Shown: positions 23,844 through 36,170 of the stretch, piece by piece
Layout: every line of letters begins with the position of its first letter
Numbering within the stretch: position 1 is the first letter of the stretch
Origin: Pseudogymnoascus verrucosus
Taxonomy: Eukaryota
Reading direction: 5' to 3' (one strand)
Assembly (NCBI GenBank): GCA_001662655.1
Contig: KV460222.1
Length of the DNA stretch: 64,000 nt
The notes under the pieces: model-generated
Database searches by the model: none
What the model was told of the DNA's origin: nothing
What the model saw: the letters and a program-made list of their open reading frames with translations, nothing else
Position numbers and translations under genes: made by a program

Positions 23844-25759
23844 ATGGCACCATCAATGTTGTTAGATGACTTTATAAATTCCCAAGCCACTACGAATGCC
23901 AGTTGCAACAGAGCTGGGCAGACCGACGCCCCTATCCCAGCGACGACGACGGGGAGTCTCCCATACACCATCCGTGAACAGCCATTTGGAACTAAAAAGC
24001 ACATGCGTGTGGTCATAATGGGGGCCGGTATCTCAGGACTCAACCTGTTCAAACTGGCAGAGGACAAGCTGGAGAATGTCGATATTGTGTGTTATGAGAA
24101 GAACGATGACATCGGAGGAACGTGGCTAGAGAACCGTTACGCTGGTTGCGCTTGCGATATTCCTAGCGTCAACTATCAATACTCCTGGAAGCCTGCAATC
24201 TGGTCGAAATACTACTCTGAATCACAAGAGATCTGGGAATACCTCAAGTCGATCGAGGAAGAAAACAATTTCATCGAGAAGTACGTCAAATTAAGGCATC
24301 TCATTGTTGGTGCGGCGTGGACAGACGAAGAAGGCAAATGGAAGTTGACAGTAAAGGACATCGCAACTGGGGAGGAAAAGACCGACTATTGTGATGTCTT
24401 TCTCAACGGAGGTGGTGTTTTAAAGTATGGAATAACCGCTCATTTGCAACTCCATTACTAACTCACAAATAGTAAGTGGAAGTGGCCTACTGTTCCAGGC
24501 CTTCATGACTTCACGGGGAAGCTCATGCATTCTGCAACCTGGGACCAATCTTATAACTTCACCGGTAAGAAGATTGCAGTGATCGGCGCTGGAAGCAGTG
24601 GAGTCCAAATTGTGGCATCCCTCTACGAGAGATTAGACCATCTTTATACCTGGGTACGAAGTCCAACATGGATTACAGCTGGATTTGCTCAAGACTTCGC
24701 GGGTAAAGATGGCAGAAACTTCTACTGTAAGCTTTTCTCTGTCCGATTCTGTGGTTTGAAGACTAACTTTTCAAAGATAGCGAAGAGCAAAAGGAGCTCA
24801 TGAAGACCGACCCGGCCAAATACCTGGCATATCGAAAGATGATTGAGAAGGAATTAAATCAACGTTTTAGCCTCATCATCAAGAAAAGTGATGATGCCAA
24901 AGTCGCCAAAGACTACTCGGACAAGGAAATGAGGAGGAGAATGGTAGAAGATCCAGAGTTGGCTGAGAAGATCATCCCGAAGGACTTTGCTGTTGGGTGC
25001 CGACGTCCCACACCTGGAAATGGTTACTTGGAGGCGTTGGCGGGCAAGAAAACGACCTGCTTCACCCAGACTATCAAGGCGGTCACTCCAACAGGCTTCG
25101 TCGATCACACGGGAACCGAGTATGAGGTTGACGCGATAGTCTGTGCAACTGGTTTCGACACCTCTTGGATCCCCCGATTCCCTCTCACCGTCAATGGTAT
25201 TGACCTGCGTGACACCTGGACTAACGAGGGCGTTCTCTCATACCTTAGTGTTGCTGTCCCAGAAATCCCCAACTACTTCTCCTTCTGTGGTCCATACGGC
25301 CCTCTCGCACATGGAAGCTTCTTCCCAGTTATCGAGAAGTACACTGACTACATCATCAAAGTCATCATCAAGATGCAAGTCGACGGCATTCGATCTTTGT
25401 ACCCAAGACGAGAGGTCACCCAGGACTTTATAAAGCACTCAGCCGAGTTCTTAAAACGCACAGCTTGGACAGATCCATGCTCGAGCTGGTTCAAAAACGG
25501 ACAACCAGGCAGCATACCAACAATCTACCCTGGTAGTCGAGTGTCCTTCCTGAGACTCTTGAAGGACCCTAGATTTGAGGACTTCTACATGAAGTATGAT
25601 GATGATAATAGGTTTTCGTTCCTCGGAAACGGCTTTGCTCTGGAAGAGATTGATGGCAGCGATATGACTTATTACTTGGGTTCATTGGATGAGGAGGTTG
25701 ATCAGGATGCATTAATATCAGTATTGAAGGGTACGGCTGTAGGTGTGGCAGCGACATAA
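23844..25759 (+). CDS. Flavin-binding monooxygenase, Baeyer-Villiger (BVMO / StcW-like) type
   Basis: GAGISG, GGTWLENRYAGCACD, BVMO fingerprint FTGKLMHSATWD, GAGSSG, GCRRPTPG, CATGFD. Introns at ~24425-24472 and ~24728-24780. Confidence 0.92.
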
Positions 25760-26879
25760 CGTAGGTTGTGGCGTAACCGGCAAAATATCACTCTACACAA
25801 AACTTTCCATAGAAAGGTACTTACTTCTAATGTTTTTTTAAATGATCATAATTTTAATCGTATGGCTTAGCCTTACGACTTGTATGTGGTGGCGTAACCA
25901 GCATAATCTTTAGCTGATGAAGACGGGGTGCGCTTAGGCAGGGACTAAACCGTTTGAAGCCCCGCATGTTCAGCTGAGGGCCTCCAGCGGATGAGCGAGA
26001 TTTCCGTCGGCAATACGGTTGGAGATAAAAGAGGTCATGGGACGAGTTGCTAACATGTGTTCATAAAACCTTGTGGAGTGGCCTTCTCTGAAGCGTGGAA
26101 GAAACGGCTTGCTTGTGTGCGGCGTTTGGACTCAATTCGCTTCACTGCGCAGCCAACCTCCAAGCGGATGTGTTGTCTTGCGCCTGTAGGAGGTCACGTC
26201 TAGAGAATGAGTACTGTGAAACGTCACGATGTTGTTATTTACGGATATTTCGTGGTATTTGATTATCTCTGGTAAAATAAAATCCACAAAAATCGACTTG
26301 AGGCGCCAGCGTCCTTCTCCTCGTTGTAGACAGCCCTTCCCAAACAGTGACAGCCAGCCACGAAACGAATGGAGAAACTTGACAAGGATTAGGAAACCGA
26401 AATTCAAACGATGGGACGTTATCGCCGTAACCCAAGCGAACAGGCGGTTACGACGATTTCGGTCTGAGGCGTCAAACTATCCTTGTGTTGAACCCTGTTT
26501 TGAGTCGGTCCGAGCCGTCAACTTCTCCGAATCGCGCCGAGTCCGAACCTCCCCTCAGTTCTTGACTTTGCTTTTGAGCCCCTCCACTTCGAAACCAAAA
26601 GAATAGTCTCAGGAATCATTATACAGGTATATATTAGGTGTTCTTTTGGTTATTCTTGGCTCTACGATTTACTTTTGATACAAGGTGGCCATAATGCTGT
26701 TGCATTGGACCCGATAACTGGGCGTGGTCTGTATCCGTAGTTAGATGGCCGCTATGGCATTAGATTAGAACTAGAATATATAAAATGTGATCAATCAAGC
26801 TCAAAGTTGTCTCAGGGATAGATCTTGGCTCGGGTTCTGTTTCGGATTCGTAAAAGTTATTCAATCTCGTACCGGTCAT

Positions 26880-27150
26880 GGCCTCTAAGCGTTGGGCGTA
26901 GTAAGATTGAATAACTCGCCAGATACAACTCTCCCCGCGATATTCACTCAACTATGGGACCAAGGAGCCTGGAATGGTGGGGTATACATATTGTTTGAAG
27001 GCCACTATGGCGCCAGATCAGAAACCAATTCCAGAAATGGCATCAGCCAGAAGATATTCACATGCTCAACGATAGGGCTTGGGATCTTGAAACAACGGGG
27101 AGAGTTTGTCTTTTTGGTATTGCGATAAACTCGGCTTTGCCCATACTTGC
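26880..27150 (-). pseudogene. Possible decayed gene fragment resembling the C-terminus of fungal HNH-endonuclease proteins
   Basis: Broken minus-strand frames give GKAEFIAIP, NIFWL and GRVVSGELFNLTTPNA*RP*P. The resemblance is from recall only and has not been checked by alignment. Confidence 0.25.
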
Positions 27151-27544
27151 TCCAAGCGTCACGATAATAAGAAGCACATGTCAACCGCACATCTCAGCGA
27201 TCCCTGGCAGCACCACGGCTACCCCTATGATCTTCTAGCTGAGACACCACCCCCGAAACATTGTGGGGAATAGCGCGGGGAATGTAGATCCCTAATGATA
27301 GCGGGCCTGGCTCGATTTCATCGGCGTCAAGTTCCCCGCAACTAGCGCACACCATCAGTTGGTGTACATTGGTTCGGATCCTTGTATCGTGCCCTTATTC
27401 CCCATTGATATGATCTGCCTTTAAACTGCTTGCCATCTCTCTATAAAGTTAAGTCCTCGACACTGCACATCCTTTCCTTCGCATTTTTGGTTACCAGTCT
27501 CTAAGCACTGCATTAACATTACACTCGTTCAGTCAGTCGCCAGA

Positions 27545-28785
27545 ATGTCTAGGGGCAACGAGTCGTCCAGCGAGCGGAAAGGGGGTGGTGAGGTGGAACA
27601 GATCGAGAATTACCAAGCGAAACTTACCACTGGAGGCAAGGTCAAGAATCACTTCAAGCGATTTTGGTGGGCGCATCTCATCGCATTCTGCGCTGGGTTC
27701 CTCATAATAGCATTATGCCTGTGAGTTACACTTCCTCTTTTGACGCGTCCTCGAAACTTATACAAGCCCTGTAGAGTATATGTGGCAATGCCTAAGATTG
27801 CGCAAAAGGGCATTGACGATGCGACTCTCAGCTACAATAGCCTAAAGTTCATGAAGCCAACGCTGGATACCCTCACCGTCTCTGTCGATGCAGTCCAGCA
27901 CAGCGACAGCCCGTTCACCCCAACGCTGGATGCATTCAACGTCAGCATGCACCTCGTAAAAGATGGGGTCAGGCACGACAAGGTGATAACACAGCTCAGG
28001 ATGCCCCAGGTCCATGCCCAACACCCAGGCACCAGCATCATCATCAACGACCAGGAAACAAAGATTGTCGACATAGACCAGGTCACTGAGTTCTGCAAGC
28101 AAGTCTTGACGCAGGAGTCTATCACAGTTATAATGGAGGGCAAGACCAAGCTGCACTTAGGCGCTCTGCCTGTCAACAGCGTCACCTACAACTCCTCCAT
28201 TACTTTTAAGGGTATGTAGCGCATTGCTCTCCACTTCCGAACCCCGAGCTAATTAATATAGCACTCAACGGCTTCAAGGGCTTCAACATTACCCAGCCTA
28301 AGATCGACTTGTTGGCCGAGCCAGGACAGCCCAACTTGTTAGGGATGGCACTTATTCCAAACCCTTCTGTTTTGACCGTCGAGCTTGTACGTGTCTCCGT
28401 TCCCCATCATTGTTACAGCAACTAAAACAAATACAGGGAACAGTCGTAATGAATATCTCCACAAAGGAGAAGGGTCTCATTGGCAATAGCACCATCGAAA
28501 ACTTCATCTTGAAGCCAGGACAGAACTTGCTCCCCATAAAGGCTATCGTTGACCAGGCACTTGTGCTCGGCAGCGTAAATTCTAAGACCGGCATAGTCAA
28601 CATGATCATCGTGGGGCAGACAGCGGTCTACAATGGCGTCCACCTTCCTTACTTCGTACGTCCATCCAACCCAGCTAGTTTATGGATGACCACATGCTAA
28701 CGGATATCAATTTTAGGAGGCAGCACTCAAGAGCCACACCATCACTCTTCCAGTGGACCTTCAGACACTTCTTAGCGGCACATAA
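27545..28785 (+). CDS. DUF3712 (SAG1-like) single-pass membrane protein
   Basis: KNHFKRFWWAHLI...TM, YVAMPKIAQKGID, LNGFKGFNI, IPNPSVLTVEL, NFILKPGQN, YNGVHLPY. Four introns; stop TAA 28783-28785. Confidence 0.82.
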
Positions 28786-29393
28786 GATTGATACCACGAG
28801 GTGGAGGAGGCGGCAGATGATGCCTCGGTGCGTATGGCGCCCTGTGACAAGTTGCCCGCTAGGTACTTGGCTCTAGAAGGGTTTTTCGGCGAAAGGGCTA
28901 TTCAACGCCTATAGTAGAAGTTTAAATAAAATAAAGATCAATTAAAAATTAAATGTCTAGTTAGTTCAGCCTTTCTAATTATTCTATATAACGTGGCGGA
29001 TATGAGTAAATAACCCATGTAATTATGGCCTGCAGAATCAGGCAACTGCGGAGTGAAACTTAGTCATTTTAGTGTCGTTCTTATGGAGAATAGCTCCGGG
29101 GCACGGCATAAGAGCCGTAGCCCCTCTGAATTCGACAAGTTTCGCTCGCGCTCGGAAATCAGTGTTCCCCAAAATAGTATGAGGATTTGTGATTTTCGAA
29201 TAGTATTCGGCGATGAGCAGTATTCGGCGTAAATTTGAAGTATTCGGCGAGTATTTGCCAAGGACCCGAATACTATTCGAGTCCTTGGCAATTGATGCCA
29301 AGGATGCCAAGTAATGAAAATTCTACCCCGCCCTCATAATTAGATAGGTCCGTAGAAATAGATCTAATCAATATACTCGATATTTTGGCTAGA

Positions 29394-31640
29394 ATGAGCG
29401 ACTCTGAGCTATCGGCTCTAAGTGACGAAGATGAAGATATACAGCACCTACCAACCCCTTTTCCGTTAGAGTCTTCGCCATCGATAGCTCTACCATTACT
29501 ACAAATACAACCACGGCTTCCAAATACTCAGTCACCGCTATTCCTAAAGAATGTATTTAGTAGAACATTGTTAAGCACTAGCCCTGTAACAATGAAGATT
29601 GTCTGCATGCAAGATGGCTGTAATTATAAGCCAAAACCGAAGCTTTTATCATGGAACATCACGAGTAATTTATGGAGGCATGTCTAGAGCATGCATCCTA
29701 CATTATTTGAAGCTATAAAACCAGGACCTCCATTACTACAACGTGCCCAGAGCTCGCAGAGCCAGAGTTCGCAGGACCAGAGTTCACAGGACCAGAGTTC
29801 GCAGGACCAGAGTTCGCAGGATTCGCAGGGCGCTCAGAATATGAGAAAAGTCCAAAACGCCCACAGATTCTTTACTCCTCGAGTAGGAGGATCTAATCCA
29901 ATTTGTGCGTCTCGATATCGAGAGTTATTACTTGCATTTATTGTATCTAATAACTTACCAATGAGTCTAGTTGATCGGCCTTCGTTTCGACAGCTTGTTC
30001 ACCAGCTTAGCCCTTCGACGTTAGTTCTATCAACGAGCTCTTTAATGCGCGATTTACATAAGACATTCTGCAACTACCGTATGAAGCTGCAAATAGAACT
30101 CTAGGCTCATGTTATAAAGGGTGGACGGTTATCACTTACGACTGATTCATGGTCAGCAATGAATGGCGCAGAGCACGCTACGATAACTGTTCATTAGATT
30201 AATAACGAATGGGTTCACTAGCACTGTGTTCTTGATATCATACATTTAAAGGAGCCTATTCATTTAGGTGAATATCTTGCAGAGCAGCTTCAAGCTATCA
30301 CCGACGACTTTGGTATTACAAATGGAGTCTTTACGATTACTCGAGACAACGCATCGAATAATACAGCAATGCTTGCAGAGTTTGAAATAGGGGTATGTAC
30401 GGATATCGCTTCTATACAGCAACCATGGAGCTTTACAGTAAAGGAAGGCGACGTTCGATACATGGCACATATTATAAACCTTGCGGTTCAAGCAGCTTTA
30501 ACTATGTTAAAAGCTGTGCCATCAGAACAAACGGAATCATATAGGCTTAAGCAAGGCTCTGCTCATACTCAAGGCTTCGTTCCTAATAGAGATGAAGTAG
30601 CAACGGTTCTTATAAAACTACGCCGACATATCTATGTCTTCCGGAACCGTCGAGCATAGAAAGATGCATTGAAAGTGCAAGCATCTACTATGGGTATCTA
30701 GGTGGTTTCTCTGTCCCTCGACATGCCTGTGCGATGGAACTCAACATATCATATGCTTGAGAACGCTTTAAAGCTTGAGCAGCCAATCAATGCTTTATGT
30801 GCTTCGCAAACGATGGATTTAAGTATGCGTGATATTATCATTACATCGATAGAATGGCAAGTGTTACATGGACTCAAGGCGTTCTTTAAGATATTCGTCA
30901 AGCCTGTAGAGCAAGTTCAAGCTGATAATTATCCAACGTTAAACGTCTATATTCCACACTATCTACGGCTTTTAAATAAGCTTAAGGCAATGGAAATCGC
31001 TCCATCGACTATAGCAGCAATTAGCACAGCTTGTAAAGCGTCATATAGTAAGCTTGATACTTACTATAACCTTATAACAAATTAAGGCTCAAGCCACTCG
31101 TTAATTGCTACTATCTGCGACCTAAGATTCAACTTGAGTATATACGAATTTTATATGCCAAATAGCGTAGACGCTATAAAACGAGATAGGGCAAGGGCGC
31201 AGTTCGCAGCTTGCTTTAACCGGTATAAAGACCGTGAGAATGATATACAGGTTACCGCCATTGAAGCTACTATTGCCGCCGAAACAGAGCAGATAACAAC
31301 CCTAAGAGAGCTTGATTCCGACGACGAGATGTATCAGCATCATAGGCCTTTAATTGAGGAAGTTGAGTGGCGACGATGGCTTAAAGAGAGCGGAGTCGAC
31401 CGCCATACTAATATTCTCAAATATTGGCAAGCAAAGCAGTTTCAGTATCCGGTTATATCACGGATCGCACGGGATTATCTAGCAATTCCAGCCTCATCGG
31501 TAGCGTCAGAGCGCATATTTAGTGTCGGCGGTGATATAGTCACTAAGAAAAGGAATAGATTACTGCCTTCTACTCTTCGATATCTACTCTGCCTACGGGA
31601 TTGGGGGGTTATAGGCGACGAGGACGACGATAGCGAGTAG
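29394..31640 (+). pseudogene. hAT transposase, single frame with 7 premature stops
   Basis: BED-like CMQDGC...SNLWRHV, TTDSWS (D), TRDNASN (D), AHIINLAV, DMPVRWNSTY, ARDYLAIPASSVASERIFS (E). Stops start at 29685, 30102, 30195, 30219, 30657, 30699 and 31083. Confidence 0.93.
29747..29821 (+). repeat. 15 bp in-frame tandem repeat x5 (QSSQD) inside the transposase
   Basis: Consensus CCAGAGTTCGCAGGA, five copies. Confidence 0.92.
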
Positions 31641-31876
31641 ACAGAGTTATCATATTTCAATTACTATATTATACTATACTACAGTTGAGCCTCATTAACT
31701 CGCCGAATACTATTCGGCGAGTATTCGTACGAGTATTCGGCGAATACTATCAGAGCCAGAGTATTCGGGCAAATGCCGAATAGTATTCGAGTACTATTTG
31801 GGGAACACTGATTCTTCCCAACTCCTTCAATCTAAGTGTCCAAATCCCAAATCATACCCAACTCTATCACCCCTCT

Positions 31877-33495
31877 CTATCCGGCTCTATCAGCACCCTC
31901 AACCACCGTCGCATTTATCGTCCCATAAGTCACCGCCCTCCCCCCCTCAACATCCAACGCCACAACACTCGGCTCCGCCCCATCCTCCGCCTCACTCGTC
32001 GCCTCACTCAACAACGGACTCCTCTCCACATCCTCCAGCACCTTCTTCTCCCCCCTCCCCCTCCGAATCCGCACCAACATCGTATGTCCCCACTTCACAT
32101 GTCTCCCCACCGTATACCCCGCAATCCCCACCACCACCAGCACCAGGAACCCGCCACACACCCACGCCCAGTTGTACAGCCAGTTGAGCAGCCACAGGCG
32201 CGGCGCGATCGTCGTGCTGACCTCGCAGGGGCCTTTCTTCAGGCAGACGTCGTGTCGGCCTATGGATTTGAAGCGTGGACCGAAGGGGCCGTCGACGAAT
32301 TTGCGCTCGCCGACTATGGGGGCTTGGTATTGGCGCGGGTCGTTGGAGGGGTAGCCTTTGTCGCCCCAGTAGCCGCCGTAGTAGAACCAGCTGGTGGGCG
32401 CGTTGGGGTTCTGGAGACTGGGCGTGAGTATGCCAGGGGTGAAGTCGGTGACTGACGCGGAGGTGGAAGGCTCGCTGACCATTTTGTCGCCGACGTCGGA
32501 GTGGTCTTCGGGAGAGGTGTAGTGGTAGGACATGACGTTTAGAGCTGGGTCCCAGAGAGGGCCGTGGGAGGTTGTGTCGTGGAGGATGGCGAAGGGGAGG
32601 ATGTACGCCTGGATTCCGGGTGTGGCATAGAGGGCATGGCTGCCTTTGGCAGAGTAGATTACGGGCTGTGAAATGTTAGTCGCCGTTATACTATTTCAGG
32701 GGTAGTAGGTGGGTGACTTACGCGCTTGCCATACTTTTCCATGGCGCCAAAGGTGTAGGCTCGCCCACCGGTATGCTGGCTAAGAAACATCGTCTCTGGA
32801 ACCCCGTTTCGGAATTTCATCACACTATGCTCCCAATCCCCAACATGGTCGCCAAAGCCAACCCCGAAGACACTGTTGCCGAGGTTGTAGCTGTAGAAGT
32901 AGAACCAAAATGCAAGTATGACTCCATCACCCTTATCAACCACAGTCAAAACGACAGGCGCAGGACTCCGCCCGCCAATCTTGCTAATCTTCTTCCTCTT
33001 CTCGCCCCTCTTACCCTCACCCTTTGGCGCAGCTGAATCGGTCTCGTTACCTTCTGGGGTGGCAGGTGGCGGTACGGGCATATTATGCGCGCTCAGCATC
33101 CAGGCCGGGCTCGTCATTACATCGTCCCGGCTCTGGAGATAGATGTGAAGGCCACCATCGTGTTTGTTAAGGTCTCCCAAGTCCCACACTGTGGGATGCT
33201 GTTCATCCTTTGGCACGGGCTTGAAATCCACATATGGTTTTGTGTGGACCAAATGCTCGTCCATCACACTAGGCCAATGTATTTCATCCTCGGCGAGATG
33301 CACCAGGGGTGCGTACTCAAGCACATAGCTCGGGATATCTTTTTGAATCTTCCCATCGCCGGCTGTCCCCGTTGGCATATGACCGTCCAGCCATTCCGGG
33401 TGGATCGGGGTGTCGAAGTGGTCTTGTTCTAGCGCCTGAGCAGAAGCAATCACGCCAGCAGACAGCGCAAGGATGCGCAGCGTGGAATATAGCAT
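31877..33495 (-). CDS. VPS62: Vacuolar protein sorting-associated protein 62 (DUF946)
   Basis: Signal peptide, YAPLVHL, FWFYFYSYNLGN, GDHVGDWEH, then PVIYSAKGSHALYA after an intron (~32667-32721), GYWGD and a C-terminal TM helix. Confidence 0.85.
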
Positions 33496-34379
33496 CTAGG
33501 CGGGATATTGTCTCATAGGACCTGCAGTCTATAAATGCGGAATAGTATTTCTCGTCTGCAAAATTCTGGTTCGGCCAAATCGTCCGAGTCGTCCGAGTAG
33601 TAAGACGGCGGCGGTATCGGTGTCAATTCCCGTGGGAGTCGTTCTTATGTATAGTCAACTGCCGCAAGGGACTTTGAGACGGCCTGTATTATGCGGGCTA
33701 TAATACAAACAGTATTCCGAGGTGAGGATCGCAAATTTGGTGTTTCTGCGTTGTGATTGTGTTGTTGAAACGTCCCTTGCCTCTTTGCCTTTGTGATAAT
33801 CCGGGCCTGCCGGGTGACGTCTGGAAAAAGTCGCAGCTGATCAAAACGACGGTTCTTGTCTGTATATCCACCCAGTCTTCGAACTCAGTCTAAGAACGTG
33901 TACATAGTTCGCATGAACTATACAGACCCTGAAGAATAGCGAATACTTGAGAATATGGCCTATGGAAGGAAGTGGTACTGACACGCCGTCTGGTAAGTCT
34001 GGTAAGACAATGAATCGTATGCCGCTTACATAAGCACGGGCGGCAGTTGAGCGAATTGGCGATCGGGGCTCCTGCTCATGTCAGCTTGATTAGCTGCCGC
34101 TGCTGGTTCGCCACTTTATACCGATGCACATCATTGTCTTGTACAGTACGTTTATCCCGCCCATAAGGCTACTTAACCTCGACTACCTTTGGATTCGAGG
34201 CTTAAAAAGGCTTGAAATCTCAAGTCACGGGAATATACCCTGCTCCTCAACCAGAATACTACAAATACATCTCTCATGCCGCTGAACATGATGTAAACAT
34301 GATCCAAGAGATCAAGGAATCTATTCTTCCCATAGGTTATACTTGGTATTCTATACATAAGCCATGGTAGGCTCTTTCC

Positions 34380-35764
34380 TCACAGCTCATCCTTCACGGC
34401 CGGCTTCACAGGTCTTCCTGAATCCTTCCCCAAATCCACACCCTTCTTCATCCTCCACTTCTCCCACAGAGCCCAGAAGTCCTTCTCCATTCCCTTCTCC
34501 ATCTGATCCGGTAACACAACGGTATACTCTATGAATAGCTTGCCGAACTTTGTTTTGTGGTAAACGCTGTCTCCATCTTCGTCCCATATCGGCATTCCTT
34601 CGTCCTTCACAGTCTCCACTGTACCGGACTGCACGACCTTGCCTCGTGGTCGCGAGAGTTGGACAACATGTCCGTCGAGATGAGTAACATTGCGCGTCCA
34701 TCCACCCATCCATGCTTCCCTTAAGCCGAGGGTTTCTTTCCAGTATAGATCATCACCACGGCGACGGAAGAATGTCCCATCAACCTTCAGCTCGTTATCA
34801 ACATCAAGATCCGGTTCCTTCTCGTGTAATGTGACTATAAGGTCGCCGGCAACCCAGTCAGGGCTCTCATCCGCGTCATTCTCGTACCGTATACGGTGTC
34901 CAACCGGCGCACCCTTCTCAATATCCAACGTGAACTCATTAACCTTGCGCACAACCCTCGAGCCGTCGCAAACCGTACATTTATGTTTGATAATCTTTCC
35001 TTGACCACCGCAGTGATCGCAACGGACCTGCATCTGTTGAAAGATACCCGGCGCAAGCATGTGTTTCCTGATGACTACCCCATGGCCGTGGCATTCTCCG
35101 CAAACATCTAGTTGCTTGTCACTTGCGCCAGTTCCGTCGCATTCGTCGCAGATCTGCTGCTTCTCGAGATGGAACTCTGTCTTCTTCCCGTTGTAGAAGT
35201 CCCTCAAAGGAACGGCAATGCGCACTTCCATATCTGGCCCTCGGCGCTCGCCGTGGCCTCCGAAGCCGCCACCACCACCGCCGCCGAAGAATCGGGAGAA
35301 TAAGTCAAAAGGATCATGGTGTTGCTGGTGGCCACCACCCTGCGCGTGTTGTTGCAGGCCTTCGTGGCCGTATTTGTCGTAGATTTGGCGGGTCTCGGTG
35401 TCGGATAGAGCTTCATAAGCAGCTGCGATTTCAACAAACTTTTGCTTTGCAGTCTCGTCGCCACTGACATACGTTAGACGCTGATGCTATAATGTAAAAT
35501 ATAGCTGCAAATGGAGGGGCAGGCACTTACGGGTTCTTATCGGGGTGGAATTTCTTGCTTAGAGATCGGTATGCCCGTTTGATGTCGCTCTTAGATGCTT
35601 GCTTGTCAATGCCCAAGAGCTATTCACATTAGTGATGCCCCTCGTAAATGATTATGTTTCCTTCATAGCAGCGACGGTAGAGCCTAACTCACCTTATAAA
35701 AGTCCTCGGCGCAAGCTACAAGCTGCAAGAAGCAGACAAACAGCAAAGCTGCCCGCACCCACAT
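34380..35764 (-). CDS. SCJ1: ER-luminal type I DnaJ/Hsp40 co-chaperone
   Basis: Signal peptide [25 protein letters not shown]-domain FHPDKN, CxxCxGxG zinc repeats, C-terminal KDEL. Confidence 0.92.
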
Positions 35765-36170
35765 ATCTGTGGATTTCCCTTGACGTCCTCAATCAATTCA
35801 ATGTACAATGCTCGATATAATATAAGATAGCAAAGAATCCGCAATCATGAAAACATGGGTTGCAAAAGGAGTGTCGGTGGGGTGAGATATTTACAAACTC
35901 CAAACGGATTATGATATGCTCAACGTGGCTATTTCGCCATTAATTGATAAAGGAAATTAGTGCAAACAGAGCAAACACACCTTAAATTTTGATCTTGGCA
36001 AGGGTCGCGCCTCACAAGGCTGCTTAGCCTCCCAAGGTGTCGCAAGAGCAAAATTACCATTTAGCAACGACAACTGCAAGTCTTCTTTCCAGGCTTTCAG
36101 GGCAGGCAATCTTTATTAGTTTGCTGTGTCCAAGGCTTTGTTTAGAGGCGAAACCAGTACACCGCAAACG

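Larger units (their letters stand above)
29160..31810 (+). mobile_element. Full-length hAT-superfamily DNA transposon (inactivated)
   Basis: TIRs CAGTGTTCCCCAAAATAGTA (29160-29179) and TACTATTTGGGGAACACTG (31792-31810). Subterminal AGTATTCG repeats at both ends and an internal transposase frame. Confidence 0.93.

Noticed and set aside
1..29159. Starship giant transposon cargo
   Set aside because: The content is accessory-like, but no DUF3435 captain or boundary repeat is visible in this window. It cannot be supported or excluded from this sequence.
29197..29291. Repeated AGTATTCGGCG with short spacers resembling a CRISPR array
   Set aside because: Fungal context, irregular 9-11 bp repeats mirrored at the other transposon end. 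These are hAT subterminal repeats.
35923..35929. ACGTGGC as a UPR element upstream of SCJ1
   Set aside because: A single partial 7-mer is too weak without conservation data.
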